A stretch of 64,000 nt of DNA, from assembly GCA_030390025.1 (NCBI GenBank), contig CM059432.1, forward strand, positions 85,872,001 to 85,936,000, read 5' to 3'. This stretch comes from Squalus acanthias (Eukaryota). A program made the translations under genes and the position numbers. Under the pieces are notes generated by a model. The model made no database searches and was not told the origin of the DNA. It saw nothing but the letters and a program-made list of their open reading frames with translations. Below, one piece after another: positions 61,158-64,000 of this stretch. Position 1 is the first letter of the stretch. Every line of letters begins with the position of its first letter.

Positions 61158-63540
61158 ATTTTTTTTAAATTTGTTCATGGGATGTGGGCGCCGCTGGCAA
61201 GGCCAGCATTTATTGCCCATCCCTAATTACCCTTGTGAAGGTGGTGGTGAGCCACCTTCTTGAACCGCTGCAGTCCCTGTGGTGAAGGTACTCCCACAGT
61301 GCTGTTAGGGAGGGAATTCCAGGATTTTGACCCAGCGACGATGAAGGGACGACGATATATTTCCAAGTCAGGATGGTGTAGAACTTGGAGGTGATGGTGT
61401 TCCCATGCGCCTGCTTCCCTTGTCCTTCTAGGTGGTAGAGGTCGTGGGTTTGGGAGGTGCTGCCGAAGAAGCCTTGGCGAGTTGCTGCAGTGCATCTTGT
61501 AGATGGTACACACTGTAGCCACGGTGCGCCGGTGGTGAAGGGAGTGAATGTTTAAGGTGGTGGATGAGGTGCCAATCAAGTGGTCTGCTTTGTCCTGGAT
61601 GGTGTCGAGCTTCTTGAGTGTTGTTGGAGCTGCACTCATCCAGGCAAGTGGAGAGTATTCCATCACACTCCTTACTTGTGCCTTGTAGATGGTGGAAAGG
61701 CTTTGGGGAGTCAGGAGGTGAGACACTCGCCGCAGAATACCCAGTCTTTGACCTGCTCTTGTTGCCACAGTATTTATGTGGCTGATCCAGTTAAGTATCT
61801 GGTCAATGGTGACCCCCCCCCCCCAGGATGTTGATGGTGGAGATTCGGCGATGGTAATGCTGTTGAAGGTCAAGGGGCGGTGGTTAGACTCTCGCTTGTT
61901 GGAGATAGCCATTGCCTGGCTCTTGTGTGGCACATCCCATGAACGAATAAAAAAAAAAAGAATCAAATTGGCTGAAGACTGGCTTCTGTGATGGTGGGGA
62001 CCTCGGGAGGAGGCTGATATGGATCATTCACTCGGCATTTCTGACTTAAGATGGTTGCACATGCTTCAGCTTTGTCTTTTGCACTCACGTGCTGTGCTCC
62101 GCCATCATTGAGGATGGGGATATTTATGGAACCTTCTCCTCCCGTTAGTTGTTTAATGGTCCACCGCCATTCACGACTGGATGTGGCAGGACTGCAGAAC
62201 TTTTACCTGATCCATTGATTGTGGGATCACTTAGCTCTGTCTACTGCATGCTGCTTCCGCTGTTTAGCATGCATGTAGTCTTGTGTTGTAGCTTCCCCAG
62301 TTTCGCACCTCATTTTTAGGTACGCCTGGCATGCTCTTCTACACTCCTCCTTGAACCAGGGTTGGTCTCCTGGCTTGATGGTAATGGTAGAGTGAGGAAT
62401 ATGCGGGGCCATGAGGTTACAGATTGTGCTGGAATAAAATTCTGCTGCTGCTGATAGCCCACAGCGCCTCATGGGTGCCCATTTTTGAGCTGCTAGATCT
62501 GTTCTGAATCTATCCCATTTAGCACAGTGGTAGTGCCCCACAACACGCTGGAGGGTGTCGTTAATGTGAAGACAGGACTTCGTCTCCACAAGGACTGTGC
62601 GGTGGTCACTGCTATGGACAGATGCATCTGCGACAGGTAGATTGGTAAGGATGAGGTCAAGTATGTTTTTCCCTCGTGTTGGTTTTCTCCCCACCTGCCG
62701 CATGCCCAGTCTGGCAACTATGTCCTTCAGGACATAAGAATATAAGAAATAGGAGCAGGAGTCAGCCATTTGGCCCTTCGAACCTGCTCCGCCATTCAAA
62801 AAGATCATGGCTGATCTTCTACCTCATCTCCGCTCGGTCAGTAGTGGTGTTACCGAGCCACTCTTGGTGATGAACATTGAAATCCCCCACCCAGAGTACA
62901 TTCTGTGCTCTTGCTACCCTCAGTGCTTCTTCCAAGTGGTGTTCAACATGGAGTACTGATTCATCAGCTGAGGGAGGGCGGTGGGTGGTAATCAACAGGT
63001 GGTTTCCTTGCCCTTGCTTGACCTGAAGCCATGAAACTTCATGGGGTCCGGAGTCAATGTTGAGCACTCCCAGGGCCACAACCTCCCACTGTGCCCCACC
63101 TCTGGTGGGTCTGTCCTGCCGGTGGGACAGGACATACCGAGGGATGGTGATGGAGGAGTCTGGGACATCAGCTGAAAGGTATGATTCTGTGCGTATGACT
63201 ATGTCAGGCTGTTGCTTGACTAGTCTGTGTGGACAGCTCTCCCAATTTTGGCACAATTCCCAGATGTTGGTGAGGAGGACTTTACAGGGTCGGCTCGGCT
63301 GGCCTGGATGTGCCGTTTTCGTGTCCGAAGCCAGTTCCGAGGTCGATGCCGGGTGGTCCGTCAGGTTTTATTCTTCTTATTGCTTTTCATAGTGGTTTGG
63401 TACAACGCTGTGGGTTGCTAGGCCATTTCAAAGGGCAGTTAAGAGTCAACCACATTGCTGTGGGTCTGGAGTCACATATAGGCCAGACCAGGTAAGGACG
63501 GCAGATTTCCTTCCCTAGTTGGGTTTTTACGACAAACCGA
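61158..63540 (-). mobile_element. Non-LTR retrotransposon with endonuclease region and 3' end, internally deleted; small CR1 tail insert at about 62733-62830
   Basis: PDIVIRTESYL…WVGDFNVHH (APE endonuclease), NILDLILTN, SDHRTV; 3' part VRSVMEYSPLAWMSAAPTTLKKLDTIQ. Confidence 0.88.
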
Positions 63541-64000
63541 TAGTTTCATGGTCACCATTACTGATACTAGCTTTTGTTCCAGATTTATTTAATTAACTTT
63601 GGTGGGATTTGAACTCACGTTTTAGTCCAGGCCTCTGGATTTCTAGTCCAGTAACAGAACCACTATGCTACTGTTCCCATACAGAACCAGCCTGGCATGC
63701 TGAGTATTTCCAGAATTCTGTTTTTATTTCAGGTCACGCAGGGTTAACAGTCAGGAGATATTGCTATTGCAATTTACTATTTTTCATCCACTAAGATTGT
63801 TTGCTGGGATGATCCACCCCAACCCCTCGACTGGGATTATTTGTCGCTTCCCCTTCCACTACCCCCTCCCACTCCTTTCCTCCCTGTCTCTCTCCCTCCT
63901 CCACTTCCACGGTCACTCCTCCCTTCTCTGCACCCCGTCCCCTTCTCCGGATCCTGTCATCTGCTTCATCCCCTTCCTACTCTGCCTTAGTCAAATTGTC

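Noticed and set aside
63733..63790. Next SUR exon after tttttatttcAG
   Set aside because: The acceptor-like sequence is the Penelope-like tail and the translation shows no SUR similarity.

Overview
Eukaryotic, repeat-rich genomic DNA. The CR1/HER1-type LINEs, Deu-domain tRNA-SINEs and Penelope-like tails point to a cartilaginous fish (inference). One protein-coding gene is supported: the 5' part of a + strand sulfonylurea-receptor-family ABC transporter (ABCC8/ABCC9-like). I traced 11 phase-compatible GT-AG coding exons from ATG 6922 to 56337, giving 596 codons (TMD0, L0/lasso and most of TMD1); the gene continues beyond what I could identify. It is strongly diverged from SUR1/SUR2 and its exon-intron layout differs: TMD0 is in one exon, L0 is split in three and one intron is displaced by 54 nt. 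This suggests a distinct third SUR paralogue. The introns contain CR1, L2 and RTE LINE fragments, SINEs, PIF/Harbinger derivatives and MITEs, and Penelope-like fragments with decayed hammerhead ribozyme cores. Comparisons with human SUR1 are from memory and need confirming by alignment; repeat boundaries are approximate.
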